Source of the DNA: Octopus bimaculoides
Lineage: Eukaryota
Assembly: GCF_001194135.2 (NCBI RefSeq)
Contig: NC_068982.1
Location: forward strand, 163,355,699-163,419,698
Direction: 5' to 3'
Length of the DNA: 64,000 nt
The translations under genes and the position numbers were made by a program. The notes beneath the pieces are model-generated. The model had not been told where the DNA came from and searched no databases. It worked only from the letters and a program-made list of their open reading frames with translations. Positions 12,591 through 25,509 of the stretch are shown here, piece by piece; position 1 is the first letter of the stretch; every line of letters begins with the position of its first letter.

Positions 12591-14583
12591 TGTGGAGGAA
12601 GTAGAACAATACCAATAACAAAATAGATCTCAATTGTACTGATATCCAGTCTGTACCCCAGCATGGCATAGGTTATATGATGAAGTGAATACTGGATGAT
12701 ACCAAAACAACTTGGCCTTTAGTATAGTGGTGAAAAGGACAACCCCACAACAGCCATTCACCACTCACTCAGATATTTCTCTATCATAGATCTGAATAAG
12801 TAGAAATGACCGAGATATTTTATAATCACTTAAATTTATAATTACAACTTTTAATTCCTTTACCCTCCTCTACTCTGTTTCATCCCAATACCAAACAGAA
12901 CAACACATCATCGAGTACTTTTCCTATTTTATTCCTTCACTTAGTAAACAACAGCAATTACAATTAAACAATAACTTCAGCCAACCATTACAAAGTCTAA
13001 AGTTATGAAGGACAAAGAAACGAAAAAGATCTGTGGACACAGTCTCTTCCTTCCTCCTCTTACCACTGCTGCCACCGCCACCACCACCACCACGAATGTG
13101 AATGCATACAACTATGAAGTACTTAGTTGCACCCGCATGTCCACACACACACACACACACATACACACTCTTATAGAGTTTTGGTGCAAACCTAGAATAT
13201 AAATAAAAAAATTATTGACAGAAAAGAAGCTTGCCCATTCATAATAATAATGGCAATTATCATCATCATAATTATCATAAATATCAGAAACACGAACACA
13301 ATATGGCAAGGTGCCGAAATCTGTTATTGCATGCTAACTACAGGGGTTTGTTTGCTCATTGCTAAACGGAAATAAAAGAGATGCTTCATTGATGTACTGA
13401 ATTGTTACATGCTATTCACAACTGAGTAAGTGGGAAAAATCATAGACCAAGAACAATAGCCCCACCCATACACCCCATCCATGTCAGATTGTACTAAGAA
13501 GTATAAAAAGTTTAGGAGAAATTATTTAATTAACATGAATTCCACATGTAAAAGAGAACTTAGAGGAAAGAATATACACAATTATTAATAAGTTTTCTTT
13601 TTGAATGACGCAGGGTAAAGAAGTAGACTTTTTGTCTGAAATTGCCAAAGGTTTTGAAGTAAAAGACAAACCATTTAATCATAAATATAAGAAACAAGTT
13701 TGGAGAATCAAAGGATAAAAATGAAGCTACTTGGCATATAATAGTACTTTTGCAGTAAGAATGGCTTTCTGATTAGAAGCCTATTGTGAATGGTTTTATA
13801 GCAGGTTAAAAGGCAGAATGTATGTTATGGCAATAAAATATTGGATACAAATAGTTGTTAACAGCAATCACTGATTCTGAAGCTGGCTGGTAGGATAGTA
13901 GAAGTAACTTCAGAAGATGTTTTCTTCAGTACTCAAAGACAGCAGTAAAACGCCATCACAATTATAAAGCTTATAAGACTGAATAAAAACTACAAGTGAT
14001 ATATAACAGTTCGTACATTCATTTAATGTCTTTAGAGAAGAAAGGACAATACCCATGACCCGTTGCAGGGCTTTCAAGTATGATAGGAGTAAATGCAGAG
14101 TAAGTTGTCCTTTGACAAGATATCTGACTTGAATGCTTGAACACAATGAATTCCATGAGAGCTCAAGGGTTGGTGTTAAACCAGGCAACACATTTAAATC
14201 TTCTATCTAAATTGGATTAAAAAAAAACAACAGCACTTGAGGGAGCCTTTGTTGCCATGTGACATGGAAAAAATTGCAGCCAAGTCTCTCAAATCACACT
14301 CTATGTCGAAAACTATTCAGGAAAAAATACAGGTTGATCACAGCTGTAAAAGCTTTTTATTATAGCTAGCTCATTCAGATCCCACTCAAGGATAAGCAAC
14401 TTAAATTACCCTAAACAAAGTCTCCCTTGCCCCCAAATATATCAGTTAACATAATCTAAATGTAGATCAAGAATTGAATTAGACTAAATGCATGTTGCTA
14501 CCAATAGGGAGATTAAAACACAACATTAAATTAAAGAATAATTATTATAGACCTATAAGAATAAAACTAAATATAAAATCACT

Positions 14584-14730
14584 AACAATATATAACAGCT
14601 AAATTTAACTGAATGAAAACTAGCAACAATATATAACAGTTGAATTAAACTTAATGAAAGCCAGCAACAATATATAACAGATGAATTAAACTGAACAATG
14701 ACCAGCAACACTATATAACAGTTAAATCAA
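14584..14730. repeat. 41-bp minisatellite, about 3.6 copies
   Basis: Unit aacaatatataacag(c/t/a)t(a/g)aatt(t/a)aact(g/t)aatgaaa(a/g)c(t/c)agc repeated in tandem. Confidence 0.9.
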
Positions 14731-15682
14731 GACTCATAAGAAATCTGTTACAATCAGATTGAAATTAAACAAAGGCATCAGTACTCACTCTCTAACTAAT
14801 AGAGGTCAAACAATTGACCCTATTTATCACATTCTCATGAAATAAATATTGATTGATTGATTGGTAGAACAAGATTAATTTTATCAGTGAAGTATGTTTT
14901 AGGAAAATCTTCAATGGGATTTGAATTCAAAGTATTCTAAACAGATTGGACTTCTGTGGCACTGAAAATGAAAACTGATTTGTGGAGGTAGATGTTATAG
15001 TGCTAGTGTTTAATGGTCATTCTTATTTATTTATAATCTTATTTGTCAGTAGAGTAGAAAATGAGATGTTTTTCAGTGATTACAGACTTGTCTTTTCAGT
15101 TTTCCTAAACTGTTTCTAAATGTTTTGAAAGTTGGTTAACCACTTGGATATCAAGTAAACATTCAGAAAACTACTCTTTAAATCCAAGATATTTCTCCAG
15201 TGGATTTTCAAATAAACAGAAAGTTCAATTTCTATATAAGGAATGAAAAATCTTCTGTAACTGGGTTCAATGATTCCCATTTTTGGAGGCATTGTAAAAA
15301 GCTTGCTGAGATAAAATCCTTCACTGAGAAACAGCGTAACAGAGAATAGAGCAGATTTTGCAAAATATTTGGTGAAAGCATCCACGAGGATTCATTTTAT
15401 CAGTTTAGATTCAATAGAGTATTAATTAATCTGACCTTTATCATAGAAAAATGATTTAGGAAAAAAAAAAAAAAAATAGTGTAAAGCTAAATATTTGAGA
15501 TTAGAAAGGACTTTTCTCTTCATAATAATCCTCCTCCTCATAAGCATCCCAACTATCATGATCTCACTCATCTCCCCACCTCCCATCTACCCTGACCACA
15601 AACTGAAGATCAATATTACTCAAGATTTAAATAGTTCAATGCCCAGAAAACTAAGTTGAAATAAAACACACACACACACGCA

Positions 15683-15713
<31 letters not shown>

Positions 15714-16582
15714 TGCACACACACACACACTCACACAGTGCATGCACACACATATACATACAGACAGTGCGTGCACACACACACACATACATAGACAGCA
15801 CACACATGCACAGACAGTGCGTGCACACACACATACACACACATGCATGCACACACACACACATAGAGTCTAAGACAAGAAGACAAGAAATATCACAAAT
15901 GAAGAAATTGAATTCTCTTTTATAAATAGCTTGTTATTTCATTTAGTGAATTCGATTGTAAAGAACTGACTTCTGTAAAGAGTTCAAAGACATGCAACTG
16001 AACTTTCACAGTCCCTCCCATACAACAATGATCTTTATGAGGGTCAACAAATAACGAACTTCTCAAAAAGATTCTATTGTAAACACAGTGAAGGGTAGTG
16101 ACAAAGAAACTTTGAAAACTACTACATGGAAAGTGAGCTTCACAGACGCGTTCTACGAATTCCGATATTCGATTTGAAGGAATAAGAAAAAAAGAACCAA
16201 AAATAAAAACAGAAAAAAAGCAAACAAAATTTTTCTTGTGAAAGGTCAAGTAGCATAATATATAAAAATCTTTGACTTTATTTAATGAAATAACATTTTT
16301 AAATGTTGCAGAGATGTGCTATAGCTAACATATTGATAAAGATATACAGTGGCATTATATAAATATATTGATGTGAAATATAATATTGATATAACATTGA
16401 TACTAACATATTGATGTGATGTAACTAATATATTGCTTTCTGAGAATCAACACTATATGACATACTCAAAAACAATAGATATTTTACTTGTGACAAGTGA
16501 AGTGGAATAATGTATGAAAATCATCACTTTTATTTAAGGAAACAATATTTTAAATACTGGAGTGATGTCATATAACCAATAT

Positions 16583-16730
16583 ATTAATAAAAAATGACAG
16601 TGATAAGATGATACAAATTAATGTGATACATACATGTGTGTGTATGTGTGTGTGTGTGTGTGTGTATGCACACATACATGTATGTATCACATTAATTTTT
16701 ATCATTGTATCACTGTCATTTTTTATTAAT
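16583..16730. repeat. Fold-back inverted repeat with about 58 bp arms around a (TG)n spacer
   Basis: attaataaaaaatgacagtgata..aaattaatgtgatacatacatgt versus its reverse complement ending cactgtcattttttattaat. Confidence 0.85.
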
Positions 16731-18249
16731 GCGTGTGTGTATGCACATATACACACACACATACATACATGTATGTATGTGTGTGTATGCGTGTGCACAC
16801 ACACACATACACACACATAGTATAGTTGTAAAGCAGCTTGATGTGATGCCAACACATTAGTTAGATGCAAACTCATATTACTTTCTTGAAACCAAGGATT
16901 TCAATAGTGTATGAGACACCAAAAACAATACACACACACACACACACACATACATACATACACACACACATATATTTTCTTTCTTGTGAAATGTCAAGTA
17001 GAATAATGTACAGTATTAACAAAAAAAAGAAAATCAACAATTTTCTTTAAAGAAATAACATTTTCAATGTTGGAGTGACGTAATATAACTAAAATATTGA
17101 GAAAAGACATACTGATGTGATATATCGATTTCTTACATTGGCCTAAAGCCACAAATTTATAGGGAAGGATATAGAGAATTGAATTGGCCTCCAGTATACT
17201 ACTAGTACATATTTTTAATATTTACTTCAGAGAGATGAAAAACAAAGTCAATCATGGTGGAATATGTGAAAAAATGCAAATAGTCCCCAAAAGGATACTT
17301 CTTTGGTATTCTACCAATTTGTCAGGTACTTTACAAATGTATCAGGTGTTCTACCAGTTTGTTTATCAATCAACTAATATGCCGGTTGCTCTACTGATTT
17401 GTGTGACACTCTCCTGGTTCTGTCATCTTGCATTCTGTTTAATGCTCTACAGTATATTTGTAGTTTATATGAGGAAGGGATATTTAAATATAAGAAGAAT
17501 AATTTAATAGTTTGGCTTTATTAATCAATAAACTAGTGTTTAAACTTCAAATACTGAATAAATTTATTTTATGTGCTAACATTAGAATGGGTTTCACCAC
17601 TCTCCTTTGGTTATAGAATATACAGGAGTGGTATTAACATACTGGCATACTGTGAATCTACTACGAAGGACCAAAATAAGTGGTGAAGTGTCTTGAGACC
17701 CATATAGATTTATAATTATCATCATTGTTTAATCTCTGTTTTTCTAGTCATGTGCCTCCTCTATAGTAAGACACCTCTGCTTGTCTCTCTAGCTATCACA
17801 CTTTAGTCTTTCAGCACCAGGCACATAATCATCTACAACTCTCAAATACTTCATTCCTGCACTTAGTAGTGGGAGCTTTTTCCTTTTTCCTTTTAGCATG
17901 AAAAAAGCACTCAATACACACACACACACACAAGCACATGTATACACTTGTATGAAGTTGATATTTCACACTATCAGCAGTCAAAAGTTCTTGTTTGATG
18001 TGGTCCTTCAGGCAATAAAAATGTCACCATAAACATGAATTAACAACTCAGACAAATAAATATGCTGTGCAATATGTATCAAGTATTGTTTCTCTTGTTT
18101 GTTATACTAAACATCCCACCCCATACTCATATAAATACACATACACACACACATATAAAGTGTACTAGGTATGGATATCTCAACCAAAGAGAAAACTCAA
18201 TAACAGGGCCTGAAGATCAAGGGTAAAAAACTGCTTTGATATACATATA

Positions 18250-19531
18250 TCAGGTCATCCCATAAGTTCTATCTGATTTTACCTTTTTTAAAATTGAATG
18301 AAATTTAATAGTATTTTAGAATGCCTAATGGAATTATTTTTATGCATTTGTGTACATTTAAAACTAATTAAATATTATTTTACAGAATAATAGAATTAAA
18401 ATTTCTTTGATTAAAACCCTTTCTAACATGGAAGTATTCAAACAGCATTTAAGGCACATAATGCTTTATGAGTACAAAAAAGGAAACTCTACAGTTGAAG
18501 TGACTTGAAACATACACTCAGTTTATGGGAAAGAATGTTTGAATGAAATAACTTGCAGAAGATGGTTTTCAAAATTCAGAAGTGCAGATTTCAGCCTTGA
18601 AGATGAAGATTGAACAGGACGTCCAATTGAGTTTGATGATAAGCTCCTTGAGGCATTACTTGAAGAAAATCCTGCATTATCAGATGAAGAATTGGCAATA
18701 AAGCTTAGTTCAAACCATACAACTGTTCATCATCATCTTCAACAACTTGGAAAGGTTCCTAAACATGGAAAATGGGTGCCTCATGAATTGTCCGAAAGTA
18801 ATCGCAAATCCCGAGTTGACATCTGCTCTTCTCTCCATTCTCGCGAACTCATTTCACCCTTTTTAGATAGACTTATGACTGGTAACGAAAAATGGATCTT
18901 CTATCGAAATGTTAAACGTCGTAAACAGTGGCTTGGTAAAAGGGAAAAAACTCAACCACAACCGGGAAGGGAATTTCATAGTAAAAAGGTTCTTCTCTCT
19001 ATCTGGTGGGATTGCAAAGGAGTAATTCACTTTGAATTGTTACCACCTAATGCAACAATCAATGATCAAGTCTACTGTCAGCAATTAGAGCGTTTGAATC
19101 AAGTTTTGAAGAAAAAAAGACCTGCTTTAGTGAATCGAAAAAGAGTGATGTTTCATCAGGACAATGCACAACCTCACACTGCAAAGATCACATCACAGAA
19201 GATCGAAGAGCTTGGTTGGGAAAGAATTCCTCATCCATCTTATACTCCTGACCTTGCTCCTTCAGACTACCATTTGTTTCGCAGTTTACAAAATAATTTG
19301 GGGGACATAACTTTCGCAAGCCAGGAGGGGGTCGAAACTGACATTTCAGAGTTCTTCGCTTTGAAACCAAAAGAGTTTTACATTGATGGGATTAAAAAGC
19401 TTGTAAATAGATGGAAGAAAGTCATAGATAATCAAGGAAAGTACATTGATGATTAAATTTTAATTAAATATAACATTTGATCACTTGCTTTCTTTATTCA
19501 AAATTTGGACAGAACTTATGGGATGACCGGA
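18250..19531 (+). mobile_element. Full-length mariner DNA transposon, about 1.28 kb
   Basis: TIRs T-CAGGTCATCCCATAAGTTCTATC (from 18250) and GACAGAACTTATGGGATGACCGG-A (to 19531), TA flanks at 18248-18249 and 19532-19533; exact end ambiguous inside TATAT. Confidence 0.95.
18428..19456 (+). pseudogene. Mariner DD34D transposase pseudogene (343 codons, no frameshift)
   Basis: ATG 18428; in-frame TGA at 18506 and 18611; motifs WVPHEL, TG(N)EKW with AAC at 18884 replacing the first catalytic Asp, HQDNAQPH (D 19160), YTPDLAPSDYHLF (D 19265), giving D-34-D spacing. Confidence 0.95.
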
Positions 19532-20182
19532 TATATCATTCCAGCAGGAAATCAGATTGGTATTACAATCCTTTTTATTCTCATATAATGAATTAAAGTA
19601 GTCATGGGGTGGAAAGCTCATTCTCTGACTAAATGATGAAAAAAAAGGAAGAAAATCAAATGGAGACCACTCAGAATTTATTGAAAAAATGTAATAAAAA
19701 CACAGTTTCTTTATGACTTTTCTGTCATATCTCAGATGATTCAATTTTCTATTGTATTCTTGTGTATTTCAGAGAATAAATATTTTCTTGTTAATAAGAT
19801 GGTCAAACTTATTCCACTCCTACTTTTGCTGTTTAGGTTAACAATCAAGTACCAATATTAAAGATTTGAAGAGATCATAGTTCACCAAACAATCAGTGGT
19901 TCCCATCCTGTCACAATAACTCAAGTTATTGGTGACAGTCTGTGGAAAAGACAGTTATTTATATTTATTTTATGTCATGCATTCTGTGAACAAAAGAGTT
20001 ATTGGTTACACGTTTCAAATAGGCCAATCAATTATTCACTGCATAAGAGAGAGAGAGAGATGCAAGAGCAGGGAATCCCTGTACAACTTGACCTGAATAA
20101 ATACAAGATATGTTTTTGTTCAATGCACTTATTTATGGGAAATTTTTAGCTGATGTAATATATCTTTCATTAATCTGTATAA

Positions 20183-20220
<38 letters not shown>

Positions 20221-20391
20221 GTATGTATATATTTTTATATAAATCTTTATACATACAGACACACACAGCCACACACATATGTATACATTCATACACATAG
20301 ACACATATACATACATACACACACACATACGCTCATCATCATCATCATCATTTTACATCTGCTTTAAATCTGGCATGTGTACTGGTGCACA

Positions 20392-21580
20392 CATCATCAT
20401 CATCAACATTTAACGTCCGTTTTCCATGTTAGCATGGGTTGGACAGTACGACTGGGGTCTAGGAAGTCAGGAGGCTGCACCAGGCTCCAGTCTGATCTGG
20501 CAGTATCTCTACAGCTGGATGCCCTTCCTAACGCCAACCACCCCATGAGTGTAGTGGGTGCTTTTTATGTGCCACCGGCACAGGGGCCAGAGGAGCCTGA
20601 CAATGGCCACGATTGGTTGGTGCTTTTTACGTGCCACCGGCACAGAAGCCAGTCAAGGCAGCACTGGCATTGGCCATGTTCGGATGGTGCTTTTTATGTG
20701 CCACTGGTACAGATATCACAACTACAATTTCCATTTGATTTTCATGTTGATGTACTTGACTCAATAGGTCTCCTCAAGCACTGCAGGACGCCCTAGGATC
20801 CAAGGTACTTTTGAATGGGCTGGGGCTGGTTATGCAAAACTGGTGTAGGATACAGCCGTGAACTCACTTTATTTGTCGGGTCTTCGCAGTCACAGCATAT
20901 CTCCAGAGGTCTCGGTCTTTCGTCATTGCGTCTGTGAAGCCCAACGTTTGAAGGTCATGCTTGACCACCTCTACCCAAAATTTCTTCAACTCTTTGGGAG
21001 TGGCACTTCTTCACACAGCTCTCTTCATCCATCTGTAGTACATGACCATACCAATACAAATGTCTCTGTTGCATGCCACATCCAATGCTCCTTATGTCCA
21101 ACATTTCTCTCAGGGCACTTACACTCTGTCGTGTGTGCACACTGACATTACACATCCAGCGGATCATGCTAGCTTCATTTCTTTCGAGCCTACGCATGTA
21201 CACCACAGTCATGGTCCATGTTTCACTGCCGTGAAGCATGGCAGTTTGCACACATGCATTATACAATCTACCTTTCACTCTGAGCGAGAGGCCTTTGTCA
21301 CCAGTAGGGGTAGAAGCTTTCTAAACTTTGCCCAGGGTATTCTTATTCTAGTGGTAACACTTCTGAGCATCCACCCCAACGACTAGGTCACCTAGGTAGC
21401 AGAAGCTATCAACTACTTCTAGTTTCTCCCCCTGGAGTGTGATGGAATCTGTTTTCAGAGCATCTGTGGTGTTTATTGCCCCAGTGCATCTGCCGCACAC
21501 AAAAGCTATCTTCCCGGTTAATCTTCCTTTGATGTTGCTGCACCTCTTATGTGTCCATAGCTTACACTGGGTACACTGTT
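20392..21580 (-). mobile_element. 5'-truncated RTE-clade LINE: end of ORF, 3' UTR and (GAT)n tail
   Basis: Frames read EVVDSFCYLGD, KGRLYNACVQTAMLHGSETW..RRLERNE..WYGHVL, EVVKHDLQTLG..KDRDLWRYAV..* (stop 20864-20866); tail ccaacccatgctaacatggaaaacggacgttaaatgttgatgatg. Confidence 0.9.
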
Positions 21581-22073
21581 CTTCAGACACTAGGGTGTGA
21601 TTTGAGAGAAATTTAGCTGCTATTTCTTGCACATCATACATACCAAACAACTATAAACACACAAACGCCCTTGTTGGTGTGTGTTTCTATCTAAACAAGT
21701 GACAGAACGTAGCATAGTCTTCTGCTTCATGCAGTGGTAACTATATACAACTGGTGGTTATTTCGTCAGCTTGAAATGACGGGATCAAATTAAGAGTCAT
21801 GCTGAGAAAAAAAAAAAGGGAAAAGAGACACAGTGAAAAAAAATTACAACCTTCTTAGAGAGAACTAAATCCAGACATTAGGCTAGCAGTCTACATCTGT
21901 AAAACACACAGTGTAGCATTGCAACTCAATTGCACAAGAAGTTGTGTTTCCACCATTTGTGGTGCCACAAGGCATTTGGGATGGAACTGAAAATCAGAGA
22001 ATTCAACTAGAAAATTCAATCATGAAGCAACAAATCTGTCATTCTCAAGCTGATGCTGTTAATATTTAGTATC

Positions 22074-22074
<1 letters not shown>

Positions 22075-22113
<39 letters not shown>

Positions 22114-22121
22114 GCTATTAC

Positions 22122-22172
<51 letters not shown>

Positions 22173-22178
22173 CATTAC

Positions 22179-22214
<36 letters not shown>

Positions 22215-22220
22215 CATTAC

Positions 22221-22259
<39 letters not shown>

Positions 22260-22335
22260 CATTACTATTATTATTATTATTATTATTATTACTATTATCA
22301 TCATTACTATTAATATTATTATTATCATCATCATT
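22075..22335. repeat. Long (ATT)n microsatellite with periodic ATC-ATT-ACT interruptions
   Basis: Direct inspection; the four overlapping poly-Y/I/N/L ORFs here are artefacts of this repeat. Confidence 0.95.
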
Positions 22336-22546
22336 TTTATTAGTTATTATCATTATTTTTAATTTTTACTTTTTATTGGAGTGTATTATAGTTTAGAAGA
22401 AGGCTTTGTGTGACCATGTCCATGTGTGTATGAGAGAGAATGCACATATACCTGTGTGCTTGCGTAGGAGTGTATATATGTTTTTTTTTATATATATATA
22501 CATGCTTGTATGAGTGTGTGTGTGTGTGTGTATCTCTCTCTCTCTT

Positions 22547-22577
<31 letters not shown>

Positions 22578-23470
22578 ATATAATGTATACATACACAGAA
22601 AAAAAAAACGTGTGCGTGTGTGTGCGCAAGATATAGAGACAGTGTGTGAGGTAGAGAGAGAAGGTGCATGAGAGAGAGAACATATGTGTGAGAGTGAGTG
22701 AGATGGAGAGTGCACGTTAGTGCTAGAGAAAGTATGTGTGAGAGAGAAACAGGGGAGAGAAAGAAAAAGGAGAGGTTCAGTTCATTTTGCTTCTGTAGTC
22801 GTTAACCTATCTCCAGCTGTTTTGATGCTAAAGTTAGTATAGACCTTGCAGCTCTAAATAGCAGCAGTAGCAGTGTTGAGTGGAGTGGTGATGGTGATGA
22901 CAGCAACTGTGTCGGTGGTGGTAGTGATTGTATTGATGTGTTGATAGTGGTGATGGAGTTGATGTGAGAGTGGCACTGATGTGATGGTGGTAGTATTAAT
23001 GTGGTGGTGATGGGAATGGTGCTTGTGGTAGTAGTATCAGTGATGCAGAGATAGTATTGGCCATTGTTGTCTATTTTTAGCCCAGGGCAACAAGGACTGA
23101 ACAAACCTATGGATCAAAGGCAGCCCAAACTTTGTGGGATGCCTAAGATAAAGTTGTTTAATGTGCCCTACATGTAATCAAAAGCATAACACATTAAATA
23201 GCATGTGATTCAAGGGATTTGGTTGCTACTTCTAGTAGGTCATGTGCTCCATTTGGTGTAGTGTGTTGATAATACTGGAGGTGTTTATTCATGCATATAT
23301 ATATACACACACACCATATTTTAATGTGTATAAGGAACTCTTTTTTCTCAAAAATTAGGTTAAAAAATATGGGAGTTTCTTATACATGGATAGTATTATA
23401 ATCCCTTACAAAACCTTTTTTCCAAATTTTAAGCCCCCAAAATTAGGGGTTCCTTATACATGTTGAAATA

Positions 23471-23509
<39 letters not shown>

Positions 23510-23883
23510 CACACACACATATCATCATTTAATATCTGCCTTCCATGGTAGCATGGGTTAGATGGTTTAACAGGAGTGGGCCAGGCAGAAGACTGCACCA
23601 GACTTTTGTGTCTGTTTTAGCCTGGTTTTTATGGATGGATGCCCTTCCTAACACCAACCACCCCACAGAGCGGACAGAGTGCTTTTTACATGGCACCAGC
23701 ACAGGTGAGGTCAGTTTCAGCATGGTTTTTACAGCAGGATGTCTGTGTGTGTGTGTGTGTGTGCGTGTGTATGCATGTATGTATAAATATATATGGGTTG
23801 GACGGCTTTACTAGGACTGGCAAGCTGTCCAACCCATACGAGCATAGAAAACAGACGTTATATGATGATGATGATATGTATAC

Positions 23884-23916
<33 letters not shown>

Positions 23917-24581
23917 GCTTAACTCAACTTGTATATATATATGAATCTAACAATCTATCTATCTATCTATCTATATATAATGCAACAATATATATATATC
24001 TTAATGTCATTAGACCTGTCCAAACCTCTCATCTCTCTGACACTTACTCTCCCTTTCAGAGTTGCAGTGATGTTGGTGTTGTTGTTGTTGGTGGTGGTAA
24101 AGATAGACAGTGATGAGGATAATGGTGGTGGGAATAAGGTGGTAAGCAATAATGTGGTGGTGGTGGTGGTGGTTGAAGGAATCAATAATGGGATGTGTTG
24201 ACAGAGATATGAAATGTACAAACTACTTGCAAACATGCACAGCTATTTAGATGAAGAATGCACCAAGAAATATCTGGGCTGATGCCGCTACTGCTGTTGT
24301 GAAAACAGATATGAGAAATACTGATGTATAAGCATGCACATGTATGTGTGTGTGTGTGTTTGTATAGGTATTTTATACAGGTGGGAGGATATTGAAGTAG
24401 AAGATGAGAGAGGGAGAAGAAAGTGAAGTGGAATGCTTATGTGTGTGCACGCGTGTGTGTGTGTGTAGATTTATATATGTGAGTGTGTGTATACAACTAT
24501 ACACACACCTCTATCCATCTACCTATCTATCTGTCTGCCTGTCTGTCTGCCTGTCTGTCTATCTATCTGTCTGCCTGTCTG

Positions 24582-24614
<33 letters not shown>

Positions 24615-24728
24615 TTTGTCATCGTCATCATCATCAATTAACGTCTGTTTTCTATGCTGGCATGGGTTGGACGGTTTGACAGGAGCTGGAATGCTAGAAG
24701 ACTGCACCAAACTACAATGTCTGTTATA

Positions 24729-24774
<46 letters not shown>

Positions 24775-25465
24775 NNNNNNNNNNNNNNNNNNNNNNNNNN
24801 NNNNNNNNNNNNNNNNNNNNNNNNNNNNNNNNNNNNNNNNNNNNNNNNNNNNNNNNNNNNNNNNNNNNNNNNNNNNNNNNNNNNNNNNNNNNNNNNNNNN
24901 NNNNNNNNNNNNNNNNNNNNNNNNNNNNNNNNNNNNNNNNNNNNNNNNNNNNNNNNNNNNNNNNNNNNNNNNNNNNNNNNNNNNNNNNNNNNNNNNNNNN
25001 NNNNNNNNNNNTTCTGCTTCTTCCCTACCAAGAATTCACAACGACCTGGAACCCACAAGAGTAAACAAGAGAGACAGAGACAAGCAGAAACAAGGAAAAT
25101 GCCCCTTGTATTTGAATACTATGCAAATATTCTTTTAAAAATCTTTCCTTTTAATTTTTCTAAAATTTAATTGTTTTCAATACTTACAGTTGAAAAAGTC
25201 TCAATGACTGAAACCGGTACTGAAATGTATTTTAATAAATTATTTTAGCATTTTCTACCTTGACTTTTTTTTCCATATATATATATATATATATATCATA
25301 TCTTTAAGCTGTTATTAGACCTGTCCAACTCTCTTATCTCTGACACTAAACTTCTCTTCCATTTACAATACCATGCTGGCCATATTACAAGAGATGGATC
25401 TACCCATATTGCATTTTTCAACACCACCATTCTTAGCACTCTATCAGTCTTGTCTATCATGAGTA

Positions 25466-25509
<44 letters not shown>

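Noticed and set aside
13605-14210. Protein-looking short frames (MTQGKEVDFLSEIAKGFEVKDKPF...; ORF 13910-14191)
   Set aside because: Short, interrupted by stops, no family recognised
14584-14730. Possible CRISPR-like array (conserved core with variable parts)
   Set aside because: The inter-core segments are homologous to each other, so it is a minisatellite; eukaryotic context and no cas genes
15116-16249. Minus-strand ORFs of 89 and 109 aa
   Set aside because: No recognisable homology or splice support; cannot be called from sequence alone
22053-22396. Overlapping ORFs of poly-Y, I, N and L
   Set aside because: Translations of an (ATT)n microsatellite; the same applies to the ORFs over (CA)n, (GA)n and (TA)n tracts such as 15616-15925 and 27819-28274
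24487-25170. Long ORFs of 136-251 aa here and at 40833-41566, 43087-43729 and 58340-59095
   Set aside because: Length comes from reading through N gaps
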